In this document: positions 15,080-22,163 of the stretch, piece after piece
Layout of the letters: each line of letters begins with the position of its first letter
How positions within the stretch are numbered: the first letter of the stretch is position 1
Origin: Candidatus Saccharimonadota bacterium
GTDB lineage: Archaea; Nanohalarchaeota; Nanosalinia; Nanosalinales; Nanosalinaceae
DNA length: 32,000 nucleotides
Direction: 5' to 3'
Assembly: GCF_047555085.1 (NCBI RefSeq)
Contig: NZ_CP180230.1
Location: forward strand, 330,001-362,000
Translations under genes and position numbers: made by a program
The notes under the pieces: model-generated
The model's database searches: none
What the model was told of the DNA's origin: nothing
Seen by the model: the letters and a program-made list of their open reading frames with translations, nothing else

Positions 15080-16806
15080 TACGAGGCCTCAGGAAGAGAG
15101 CCGGCGCTGGTTACTCTATAGAGGCGATACTGGCAGCTCTGATACTTTTCACCTTCGCCATGAATGCGGTTCAGGTTCCTGACTCTAAAGACTGGTCGGG
15201 GTTACAGAGGGAGATAGCTGCCCGTGATATCAGTTTTGTCCTCAAGGAGACAGGCGATCTTGAAACATTTCTGAAAAACTCTGATACCGGTGCGTTACGC
15301 ACTGCAGCTACCACTTTATCAGATACAGATATCTCTGTTTCCGGGACTGTTGAAAATCTTCCTATAAATGAGATGCGTGTAGGATTCCACAAGATGCCGG
15401 ACAAAATATTCTGGAATCAAACTGTGGAAGTTCAGGCAGATGATTTCTGCTACGGAGATCTGGAGGAAATACAGGACCGTTCAGAAACGGAAATCCGCAG
15501 AACAGCAAACAGCACAGGAACTATGGAAGATAAATACGGTGTCAGACTTTACTTTGCGGATAACGATCCGTCAATCCCCGGAGGCTTCAACGGAGAAACG
15601 GACTACGACAGCATATACGTCGATAACGGCACCAGATGTGTCTTCAGAACAGAGGAAGGGCCTTACTACAACGACGAAATTTTTTACTGGGGAAACAGAA
15701 CCGACGATAGGCCTGGGAACTTCTTCGACTTCAAGAGATACGATAACACTCTTCACAGATTCAACTTTTTCCAGGCCGATAACGCTGTAAGATTCAGAAA
15801 GACACTGGAAAAACCGGTGAACGGTATAAAAACCAGAACCGCAGTAAACACGTTTAACTTTACAACAAGAGGCCTCAAAGATCTTGATATACTTGTTTTC
15901 TCGGAATCAGAAAGTCTGGAGAAAATACAGGAAAACGATCAGAAATTCAAGGAGTTTGCCCGTGAAGGCTCTGCATTATTCCTGATGAATCTAACTCAGA
16001 GCGATATGAACTATGATATAATGCAGGATATAGGATTTGAATGGTTTGACCTACCTTACACAAACAATCCTTCAGAATACGATGAGACTTTCTCTGACTA
16101 CGAGGACTCAGAGGAGATAGAGACTTACTTCAGAGGCCTTGAAGGCGATATCTCGAAAGTATCGATGGGGCCTGGCGGCAAGGTAATATCGGGACAGGCC
16201 TTTACAGCTACTTCGCGTGAAGATCTTCTTTTCGCACGTAACACCGGTTACGATACATCAGATCTTGACGGCGATATACTTTTCGGCGACTCCTGGACAG
16301 AGATAAATACCGGTGAGGCCTGTAGAGATACTCAGACAACTTTCCAGATATACATGGAAGCTTATGAAGTACGCAACATCGATCTTTCCCGGGACAGTGG
16401 CAACTGCGGGCAGATCAGAGGGTTAATGGTGAGAGAAGACGGAGAATGGCGAGGCCCGTTCCTTGAAGATGAGGTGATCAGGATCGACGGCAGAAGGTAC
16501 GTTCCACGTATAGAATCCAGTGGTAGCGCACGCCTTGTATTTGCAGGAAGCAGTAAAGTGGAACTTGTCAATCATAGAGAAGTATTTGAGAATATGACAG
16601 GTCAGAAAATCGCAAGAGCTGCTTACGAGAAAAACTACAGTGATTCAGACAGAGAGCTACTTGCAACTGTCATGTACTGGCTTCGAGGAGATACGGTCCG
16701 TTTCGAGGGCGGTGCTGGCGCCACATCACTTTCGACTACTATCCCTGGCGGTATCAGCGAAAATGTGTACATGCCTTACAAGGTAAAGATGAGGTGGGGC
16801 GGTTGA
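15076..16806 (+). CDS. Large (576 aa) pilin-like protein with class III-type N-terminus; candidate tip/adhesin subunit
   Basis: MIRGLRKRAGAG|YSIEAILAALILFTFAMNAV followed by about 540 aa of acidic, Cys-containing, beta-rich sequence with no family I recognise. ATGA overlap with the upstream gene. Confidence 0.65.
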   Translation: MIRGLRKRAGAGYSIEAILAALILFTFAMNAVQVPDSKDWSGLQREIAARDISFVLKETGDLETFLKNSDTGALRTAATTLSDTDISVSGTVENLPINEMRVGFHKMPDKIFWNQTVEVQADDFCYGDLEEIQDRSETEIRRTANSTGTMEDKYGVRLYFADNDPSIPGGFNGETDYDSIYVDNGTRCVFRTEEGPYYNDEIFYWGNRTDDRPGNFFDFKRYDNTLHRFNFFQADNAVRFRKTLEKPVNGIKTRTAVNTFNFTTRGLKDLDILVFSESESLEKIQENDQKFKEFAREGSALFLMNLTQSDMNYDIMQDIGFEWFDLPYTNNPSEYDETFSDYEDSEEIETYFRGLEGDISKVSMGPGGKVISGQAFTATSREDLLFARNTGYDTSDLDGDILFGDSWTEINTGEACRDTQTTFQIYMEAYEVRNIDLSRDSGNCGQIRGLMVREDGEWRGPFLEDEVIRIDGRRYVPRIESSGSARLVFAGSSKVELVNHREVFENMTGQKIARAAYEKNYSDSDRELLATVMYWLRGDTVRFEGGAGATSLSTTIPGGISENVYMPYKVKMRWGG

Positions 16807-17111
16807 AAGGACAGATGATGATAATAACAGCAGTCATAGTCAGCGTGATGATGGTCTCCGTATCCTCTTCAGTAGCACAGCTGGGCGACAGAGAATATGA
16901 GTACCGTGATGAGGCCTATATTTCCAACATGATACGTGGAGAGGCCTCAGAAGTTGATACACGGTATATGAAGGAACGTCAGAACTTCCAGAAGATGGTT
17001 CACTCCATAGATACCTACACAACTGAAGTAGAGTACTGGAGCGCACAGAACTGTTTCAACGTAACTCTGAGCAACCGCAGATCAGATATAAATCTCCGCT
17101 GCATCAGCTGA
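16794..17111 (+). CDS. Small pilin-like protein (class III signal peptide, KGQ motif)
   Basis: (M)GRLKG|QMMIITAVIVSVMMVSVSSSV. The start is GTG at 16794 or TTG at 16803, and both overlap the upstream stop at 16804..16806. Confidence 0.6.
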   Translation: MGRLKGQMMIITAVIVSVMMVSVSSSVAQLGDREYEYRDEAYISNMIRGEASEVDTRYMKERQNFQKMVHSIDTYTTEVEYWSAQNCFNVTLSNRRSDINLRCIS

Positions 17112-18294
17112 ATTTTTCGATAAGCTCAACTTCATCTTCATCGAATTCAAACTGCTCAATAAGATCTTCATTTTCTTCGATAAGTATTGCAAACAGCGGA
17201 AGACTGTTACGGGCCTCTTTACGTGAAACATGCAGCTTTTCACTCATCTTCGATGTAAGAGACTCCATCCTCTTTCTTGAGGCACGTGAACTACCCAGCT
17301 TCTTGATTTTCGAAGGATACTGGTAACGCGTATAGCCACTGTACTTCTGATCCTTGCTCAAAGCTACACCTACAGTAGAGAACTTGTAAAGATACTTCAA
17401 CAGCTTCCAGTTCTGCCTTCGCCTGATACGGCCATTAAACAGATCAGCCTTGGAAATCCAGTCATAGGCCTCTGCCGTGTCCTTACTGCGTTCATACTCC
17501 CGCGGAATATTTTCTCGCACCCACTGAAGGAAGGTATCCGGATCTTCATCCAGATTGTTCGTAGCATCTTCGGCAGTAGAAGCCGTAGTAGTTTTGAAAA
17601 TTATCTTCAGGGCCTGGAAAATATCCTGCTGGGTATCACGCCCGGATATAGCTTCTAAATCATCTACTTCAAGCTTTTCCTGTCCTGTAGCAGCTGCCTC
17701 GAGATCGTTTATGGCAGAACGCATCTGTCCTCCAGCACTACGTGCAATTCTTTTGACAGCACCGTCTTCATACTCTATGCCTTCTGCATCAAGTATTTCA
17801 CGCAGATGAGCTGCTATAGAGTTCGTATGCACGGAATCAAGCTTTATCAACTTGGCTTTGTTCCTTAAAGTTCTGATACTGTTATCGTAGGCATCATTTG
17901 CTGTCATAACGATAGGGAAACGACTTTCATCTACTATCGTGCTTATCTCTTTAACTCCGCCTCTATCGCTGTTACCGCTCATTCCATCGACTTCATCGAT
18001 AAGTATAATCTTCTGACCGCCGAAGAAAGAGGCCTGACGAGTCGCTTCCTTCAACTCTGTCTTCAACTTCTTCTTTGTACGGACATCCGAAGCATTAGTC
18101 TCAACCAGTTCATAGCCCAATTCATTCGCTAGGGCCTCGACAAGAGAAGTCTTACCTGTACCGGCCTGGCCATGAAGCAGCACTGCTCCGTCGCCCTGTT
18201 CCCAGTCCTCGGCCCACTCCTTCAACTCTTCTTTCTCGTTGGACGCACCACGGTACTCGGAAAGAGTCTCAGGCCTGTATTTTTCTACCCACAT
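17104..18294 (-). CDS. rfcL: Replication factor C large subunit
   Basis: MWVEKYRPETLSEY..LLHGQAGTGKTSLVEALANELGYELVETNASDVR..ILIDEVDGM is the archaeal RfcL pattern. The 396-aa length leaves no room for an intein. Confidence 0.95.
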   Translation of the reverse strand: MWVEKYRPETLSEYRGASNEKEELKEWAEDWEQGDGAVLLHGQAGTGKTSLVEALANELGYELVETNASDVRTKKKLKTELKEATRQASFFGGQKIILIDEVDGMSGNSDRGGVKEISTIVDESRFPIVMTANDAYDNSIRTLRNKAKLIKLDSVHTNSIAAHLREILDAEGIEYEDGAVKRIARSAGGQMRSAINDLEAAATGQEKLEVDDLEAISGRDTQQDIFQALKIIFKTTTASTAEDATNNLDEDPDTFLQWVRENIPREYERSKDTAEAYDWISKADLFNGRIRRRQNWKLLKYLYKFSTVGVALSKDQKYSGYTRYQYPSKIKKLGSSRASRKRMESLTSKMSEKLHVSRKEARNSLPLFAILIEENEDLIEQFEFDEDEVELIEKFS

Positions 18295-18318
18295 CGTGTT
18301 ACGGTACGATTGCCCAAC

Positions 18319-18339
18319 AAGCTATTCAATGAATAGCTT
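18319..18339 (-). promoter_or_regulatory. Perfect 9-bp stem / 3-nt loop hairpin (AAGCTATTC-AAT-GAATAGCTT) between rfcS and rfcL
   Basis: Seen directly in the 84-nt spacer between the rfcS stop (18379) and the rfcL start (18294). Function unknown; it could be an attenuator, a processing site or a protein-binding palindrome. Confidence 0.3.
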
Positions 18340-18378
18340 TCGGGAATTCTTCAGATTTTGAATAATCATTTTCATTTT

Positions 18379-19326
18379 TTACTCGTCCAGTCCTGCGATT
18401 TTAGCCAGTAAGGCCTCTATCTGGATGTCCGGGCTTCCGCCTTCACTTATCCTGAACTCGAACTCTCCAAGATTATCGATAATCTCAAGCTTCCCTTTCT
18501 CGGAGATATCCAGATCGTAGATCTCTCTGTGGATTGCATCGATAACATCCTGCCCGTCAAGGCCTCTATCAATCATCAATTCAGAGAGCTCGTCACGAGC
18601 ATCCATGAATTTTTCCTTCAGAGCAAGATTTAGGATTCTGCTGATCTCCTCAGGCCTCAAAGATGCTGCCACGCCGTAGATATCCTCTTCCTCGATTTCA
18701 TCGGTCTGGATTGCAGCAGTCTGAAGAATATTTGTAACTCTTCTGAGATCACCGCTTGAGACACGCATTATAGCGTCGATAGCATCCTCGGAGATCGTGA
18801 AACCTTCTGCCTCTCCAAGCCTCTGGATATAATCTTTAACTTCGTCTTCCTCCAGACGATTGTACCGGAAAACTGCACATCTCGACTGTATAGGATCGAT
18901 AATCTTTGAAGAATAGTTACATGAAAGAATGAACCGGCAGTTATCCGAGAACTGCTCCATAGTCCTTCTCAAGGCCTGCTGAGCATCGCTTGTCAATGCA
19001 TCGGCCTCATCAAGGAAAATTATCTTGTAATCTGCATCAATAGGCTTTGTACGGGCAAAATCCTTGATTTTTTCCCTGACAACGTCGATACCTCTCTCAT
19101 CTGAAGCATTGGTCTCCATAAAGTTCTGCTTCCAGGTATCGCCGTAGAGATCCTTGGCAAGTGAAACCGCACAGGTAGTCTTACCTGTACCTGCAGGCCC
19201 CGCAAAAAGCATGTGAGGGATAGAATCTTTTTCAACAAAGGCCTCTAATCTGTCAGTTATCTCATCCTGACCGACAACCTCGCTGAGGGTGTCAGGCCTG
19301 TATTTTTCGGTCCATACATCGATCAT
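18379..19326 (-). CDS. rfcS: Replication factor C small subunit
   Basis: WTEKYRPDTLSEVVGQDEI..MLFAGPAGTGKTT..IIFLDEADALT..SRC box (IDPIQSRCAVFRY). 315 aa, intein-free. Confidence 0.96.
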   Translation of the reverse strand: MIDVWTEKYRPDTLSEVVGQDEITDRLEAFVEKDSIPHMLFAGPAGTGKTTCAVSLAKDLYGDTWKQNFMETNASDERGIDVVREKIKDFARTKPIDADYKIIFLDEADALTSDAQQALRRTMEQFSDNCRFILSCNYSSKIIDPIQSRCAVFRYNRLEEDEVKDYIQRLGEAEGFTISEDAIDAIMRVSSGDLRRVTNILQTAAIQTDEIEEEDIYGVAASLRPEEISRILNLALKEKFMDARDELSELMIDRGLDGQDVIDAIHREIYDLDISEKGKLEIIDNLGEFEFRISEGGSPDIQIEALLAKIAGLDE

Positions 19327-19367
19327 TATTTTTTTTACCTCTATACTTCAGAACTTTTTGCTGAAGC

Positions 19368-19374
19368 TTTTATG
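19368..19374 (+). promoter_or_regulatory. Candidate TATA box TTTTATG for a leaderless transcript of the kinase gene
   Basis: Centred about 27 nt upstream of the GTG start at 19398, inside the 71-nt divergent spacer shared with rfcS. Confidence 0.4.
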
Positions 19375-19397
19375 CTTTCCACCGCAACTCCTGAACT

Positions 19398-19892
19398 GTG
19401 AAAATAGGAGTAACAGGAACACCAGGAACAGGAAAATCAACAGTCTCCAAGCACCTTGAAGGCAAGAAAGTGGATCTACGTGACTACCTCGAGGAAAAAT
19501 CTCTTGGAGGCCTCAACGAAAAAGGAGAGATAGAAGTAGATATCGAAGAGTTAAGACAGAATCCGCCAGAGGAGCCTGAAGACGAAGATCTTATCATCGA
19601 AGGCCACATGGCGCATTTCCTGGACCTGGATTACTGTATAGTCCTCCGAACAAGGCCCGACGTCCTTGAAGAAAGACTCGATGAACGAGATTACAGCGAT
19701 GAAAAAGTTCAGGAGAATGTAGAGGCCGAAAAGCTGGATGTCGTGCTTTCACAGGCAGCGGGAAATCAGGAGAAGATTTTCGAGATAGATACAACTGATA
19801 AAACTGTGGAAGAGACTGTTGAAAGAATCAGAGAGGCCTTGAAAAGTAAAGAAGAACGTGTAGGTGTCGTTGACTGGACGCAGTATATTTAA
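19398..19892 (+). CDS. Fap7/AK6-type nucleoside-triphosphatase / putative adenylate kinase
   Basis: GTG start. (M)KIGVTGTPGTGKSTVSKHL is the P-loop at the extreme N-terminus, as in archaeal AK6/Fap7 homologs. Small size (164 aa). Confidence 0.85.
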   Translation: MKIGVTGTPGTGKSTVSKHLEGKKVDLRDYLEEKSLGGLNEKGEIEVDIEELRQNPPEEPEDEDLIIEGHMAHFLDLDYCIVLRTRPDVLEERLDERDYSDEKVQENVEAEKLDVVLSQAAGNQEKIFEIDTTDKTVEETVERIREALKSKEERVGVVDWTQYI

Positions 19893-19917
19893 GGAAGAAA
19901 AAGATTTTTTGACGGAT

Positions 19918-20229
19918 TCAGGCCTTTTCCTGAACCCAGCTCTTTAGACTTTCCTTGTCCATAAATCCTTCGTTCTTCGCAACTATGTCTCCGCCTTTGA
20001 TGATCAGCAGTGTTGGCAGTGCGCTGACCTGGTATTTTGTCGCGAGATCGGAGTGTTCTTCCATGTTGACTTTTCCGAAGTTGACATCTTCCAGTTCTTC
20101 GGATACTTCTTCGTAGATAGGAGCCAGTTTCTTGCATGGTCCGCACCATGAGGCCCAGAAATCTACTACCCATGTCTCATCAGAGTTTGAAACGTCTTCC
20201 ATCTTTTCAGGAGTAAGTTCTTCTGGCAT
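19918..20229 (-). CDS. trxA: Thioredoxin
   Basis: Active site WASWCGPCK. About 103 aa from the ATG at 20229; the ORF-track start at 20250 is a TTG. Confidence 0.9.
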   Translation of the reverse strand: MPEELTPEKMEDVSNSDETWVVDFWASWCGPCKKLAPIYEEVSEELEDVNFGKVNMEEHSDLATKYQVSALPTLLIIKGGDIVAKNEGFMDKESLKSWVQEKA

Positions 20230-20363
20230 ACAGAAACACTGATCATGCAAGCCTTAAGAAAAAACTGGTGACAGATAGGTAATCACATTGAAGGCCTCTA
20301 GCAAATTTCCCTGAAAAAATTTTCACTGAATTAAAGAAGAAAGGAAAAAGAGGTGTGGAGGCC

Positions 20364-21179
20364 TTATTCCTCCATGTATACTGTCCGGATCGGGTATGGG
20401 ATGTCGATTCCAGCTTCGTCGTACTTGTCCTTGATGAGCTGTGTGACTTCAGAGCCTCCTGTAACGATGTTGGCTCTTCTGTTGTCCGTCCATCCACGCA
20501 GCTTCAGATTGACGGAGGATCCGCCGAGTTCATCTACAAGCACCTGAGGTGCTGGATCTGATTCAACTGAATCTGCTTCTTCAAGGACTTCTTCAGCAAG
20601 CTCTTTGGCCTTCTTGATATCGTCGTCGTAGCTTATGCCAACGACCACGTTGAATCTTCTGTTCTTGTAGGCCGTGTTGTTGATAACCTGCTGACTGTAG
20701 AGATCTGAGTTAGGTACGATGACCTGTCTCCCATCGTACGTCTTGATCTTTGTCGCACGTGTCTGTATGTCCTCTACAGTTCCTTCCTCTCCGCCGACTG
20801 CAATCTGATCGCCGATCTCGATAGGCCTGTAGATCATGATCAGGATTCCTGAGATAAAGTTGGCGATAACGTCCTGCAACGCAAACGACAGGCCTAATCC
20901 GATCAGGCCTACTGCTGCGCTTAAAGCAGTCAGTGGAACACCGATAACTCCGAGGAAGGCGACGAAAGTCAATGGATAGATGACGTACGCTGTCAGTCTC
21001 TTGGTTGAACGCGTAGCATGCTTGCTGGCACCTTTCCGTTCAACAGCTTTTTCGACAGCTACGTTTGAAATTTTGTTCAGTACGTGTCCTGCCACGAGAA
21101 CAGCAAACCCTGCTACGATAGTGCTTGCTGATACTTCAGGCAGAAGACCTGTGAAACTTGAAGTTATTACTTCGAACAT
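20364..21179 (-). CDS. Small-conductance mechanosensitive channel (MscS family)
   Basis: Three N-terminal TM helices followed by the MscS beta-domain pattern IEIGDQIAVGGEEGTVEDIQTRATKIKTYDGRQVIVPNSDLYSQQVINNT. Confidence 0.9.
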   Translation of the reverse strand: MFEVITSSFTGLLPEVSASTIVAGFAVLVAGHVLNKISNVAVEKAVERKGASKHATRSTKRLTAYVIYPLTFVAFLGVIGVPLTALSAAVGLIGLGLSFALQDVIANFISGILIMIYRPIEIGDQIAVGGEEGTVEDIQTRATKIKTYDGRQVIVPNSDLYSQQVINNTAYKNRRFNVVVGISYDDDIKKAKELAEEVLEEADSVESDPAPQVLVDELGGSSVNLKLRGWTDNRRANIVTGGSEVTQLIKDKYDEAGIDIPYPIRTVYMEE

Positions 21180-21253
21180 TTTTCTAGTTAAACCTCGTCA
21201 TACAAAATTCTAGGCCCGACGAGGATAATAAATCTTTTCCAGGCCTCAAAAAA

Positions 21254-21261
21254 TTATATAT
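21254..21261 (+). promoter_or_regulatory. Candidate TATA box TTATATAT
   Basis: Centred about 25 nt upstream of the GTG at 21283, preceded by AGGCCTCAAAAAA. A 7-bp inverted repeat CCTCGTC(18 nt)GACGAGG at 21193..21224 sits in the same divergent spacer. Confidence 0.4.
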
Positions 21262-21282
21262 GCCGGAAAGTAAACTTTTCCT

Positions 21283-22125
21283 GTGAACTTTGAATCCGAT
21301 TACGTGAAATACGCTTTGCAGGCTACCTTCACGCTTCTAGCAGTATCATCCACGTATCTTGTAAATCTTTCAAGGCCTGAAACACTGCTTGCATTCACAA
21401 CTGTGCCGCTGCTCTTCGGATATACGGCCTATATCTCTTCTGAAAAGTTCCAGAAATCGTCTTTCATCTCTCTGGCAGCTCTTGCTTTCGCACCTCTGGG
21501 CCTGCTGTACGCAGCAGTAGCTGTGGTAGTATCTCTAGGCAATGTACTGGTGTCATTTTTTTCACGTGGAGAAACTTTCCGTGACTTCTACTCGACAGTC
21601 TCTCTGCCGCTTTTGTTCTCTGGAGTGCTTGTAGGCCTCGTACTTTTCCTATCTATTACTTCAAGTCCACAGCAGATGGACGCAGTGTCTTCAACAGTTT
21701 CAAACAGTATAGCAGGAGGCACTGAGAAGGTAATGCAGCAGACAGGCCTCAATCCAGGAGATAGGCAGGAAAAATTGATACAGAGTATCTCCGCTGTCAC
21801 TATATCGAAGACTCACGCATACGTTATAGAAAATACTTCAAGACAGCTCAGTCCGGAGGATCTGGCGAACGTCTCCAGTGCTTTCAGAGAGGCCTCTAAT
21901 GAAGTTCCGGATAGGGTGATACAGCAGGCGTCCACTCGGTCAACGGATATATCGGGAACAGTAGAGAAAGCCGTGGATACGATGTTTACAGGAAGTTTCC
22001 TTTTACTGCTTATTCCTTTAGCAGCCGTCGCTATATACGGAGTTCACCCTGTTATAGGTCTTCTAACGGCTTTATCAGGCCTGTTATTCAGAAAGATGGA
22101 TGGTTACGTCTCGGAAACCGGTTGA
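21283..22125 (+). CDS. Hypothetical integral membrane protein (about 4 TM, ~110-aa soluble domain, 2 TM)
   Basis: Hydrophobic segments are visible in the translation. No family recognised. GTG start. Confidence 0.6.
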   Translation: MNFESDYVKYALQATFTLLAVSSTYLVNLSRPETLLAFTTVPLLFGYTAYISSEKFQKSSFISLAALAFAPLGLLYAAVAVVVSLGNVLVSFFSRGETFRDFYSTVSLPLLFSGVLVGLVLFLSITSSPQQMDAVSSTVSNSIAGGTEKVMQQTGLNPGDRQEKLIQSISAVTISKTHAYVIENTSRQLSPEDLANVSSAFREASNEVPDRVIQQASTRSTDISGTVEKAVDTMFTGSFLLLLIPLAAVAIYGVHPVIGLLTALSGLLFRKMDGYVSETG

Positions 22126-22163
22126 GCGGTGTTTATTAAGAATTGCGTCTTCTCTTCCATGTT

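Noticed and set aside
7594-17111. Archaellum (archaeal flagellum) operon
   Set aside because: There is no archaellin-type N-terminus (..GQVGIGTLIVFIAMVLVAA..-like), no FlaH/KaiC-like ATPase, and no recognisable FlaC/D/E, FlaF or FlaG set. The ATPase plus platform plus diverse short pilins fits an adhesive or other type IV pilus better.
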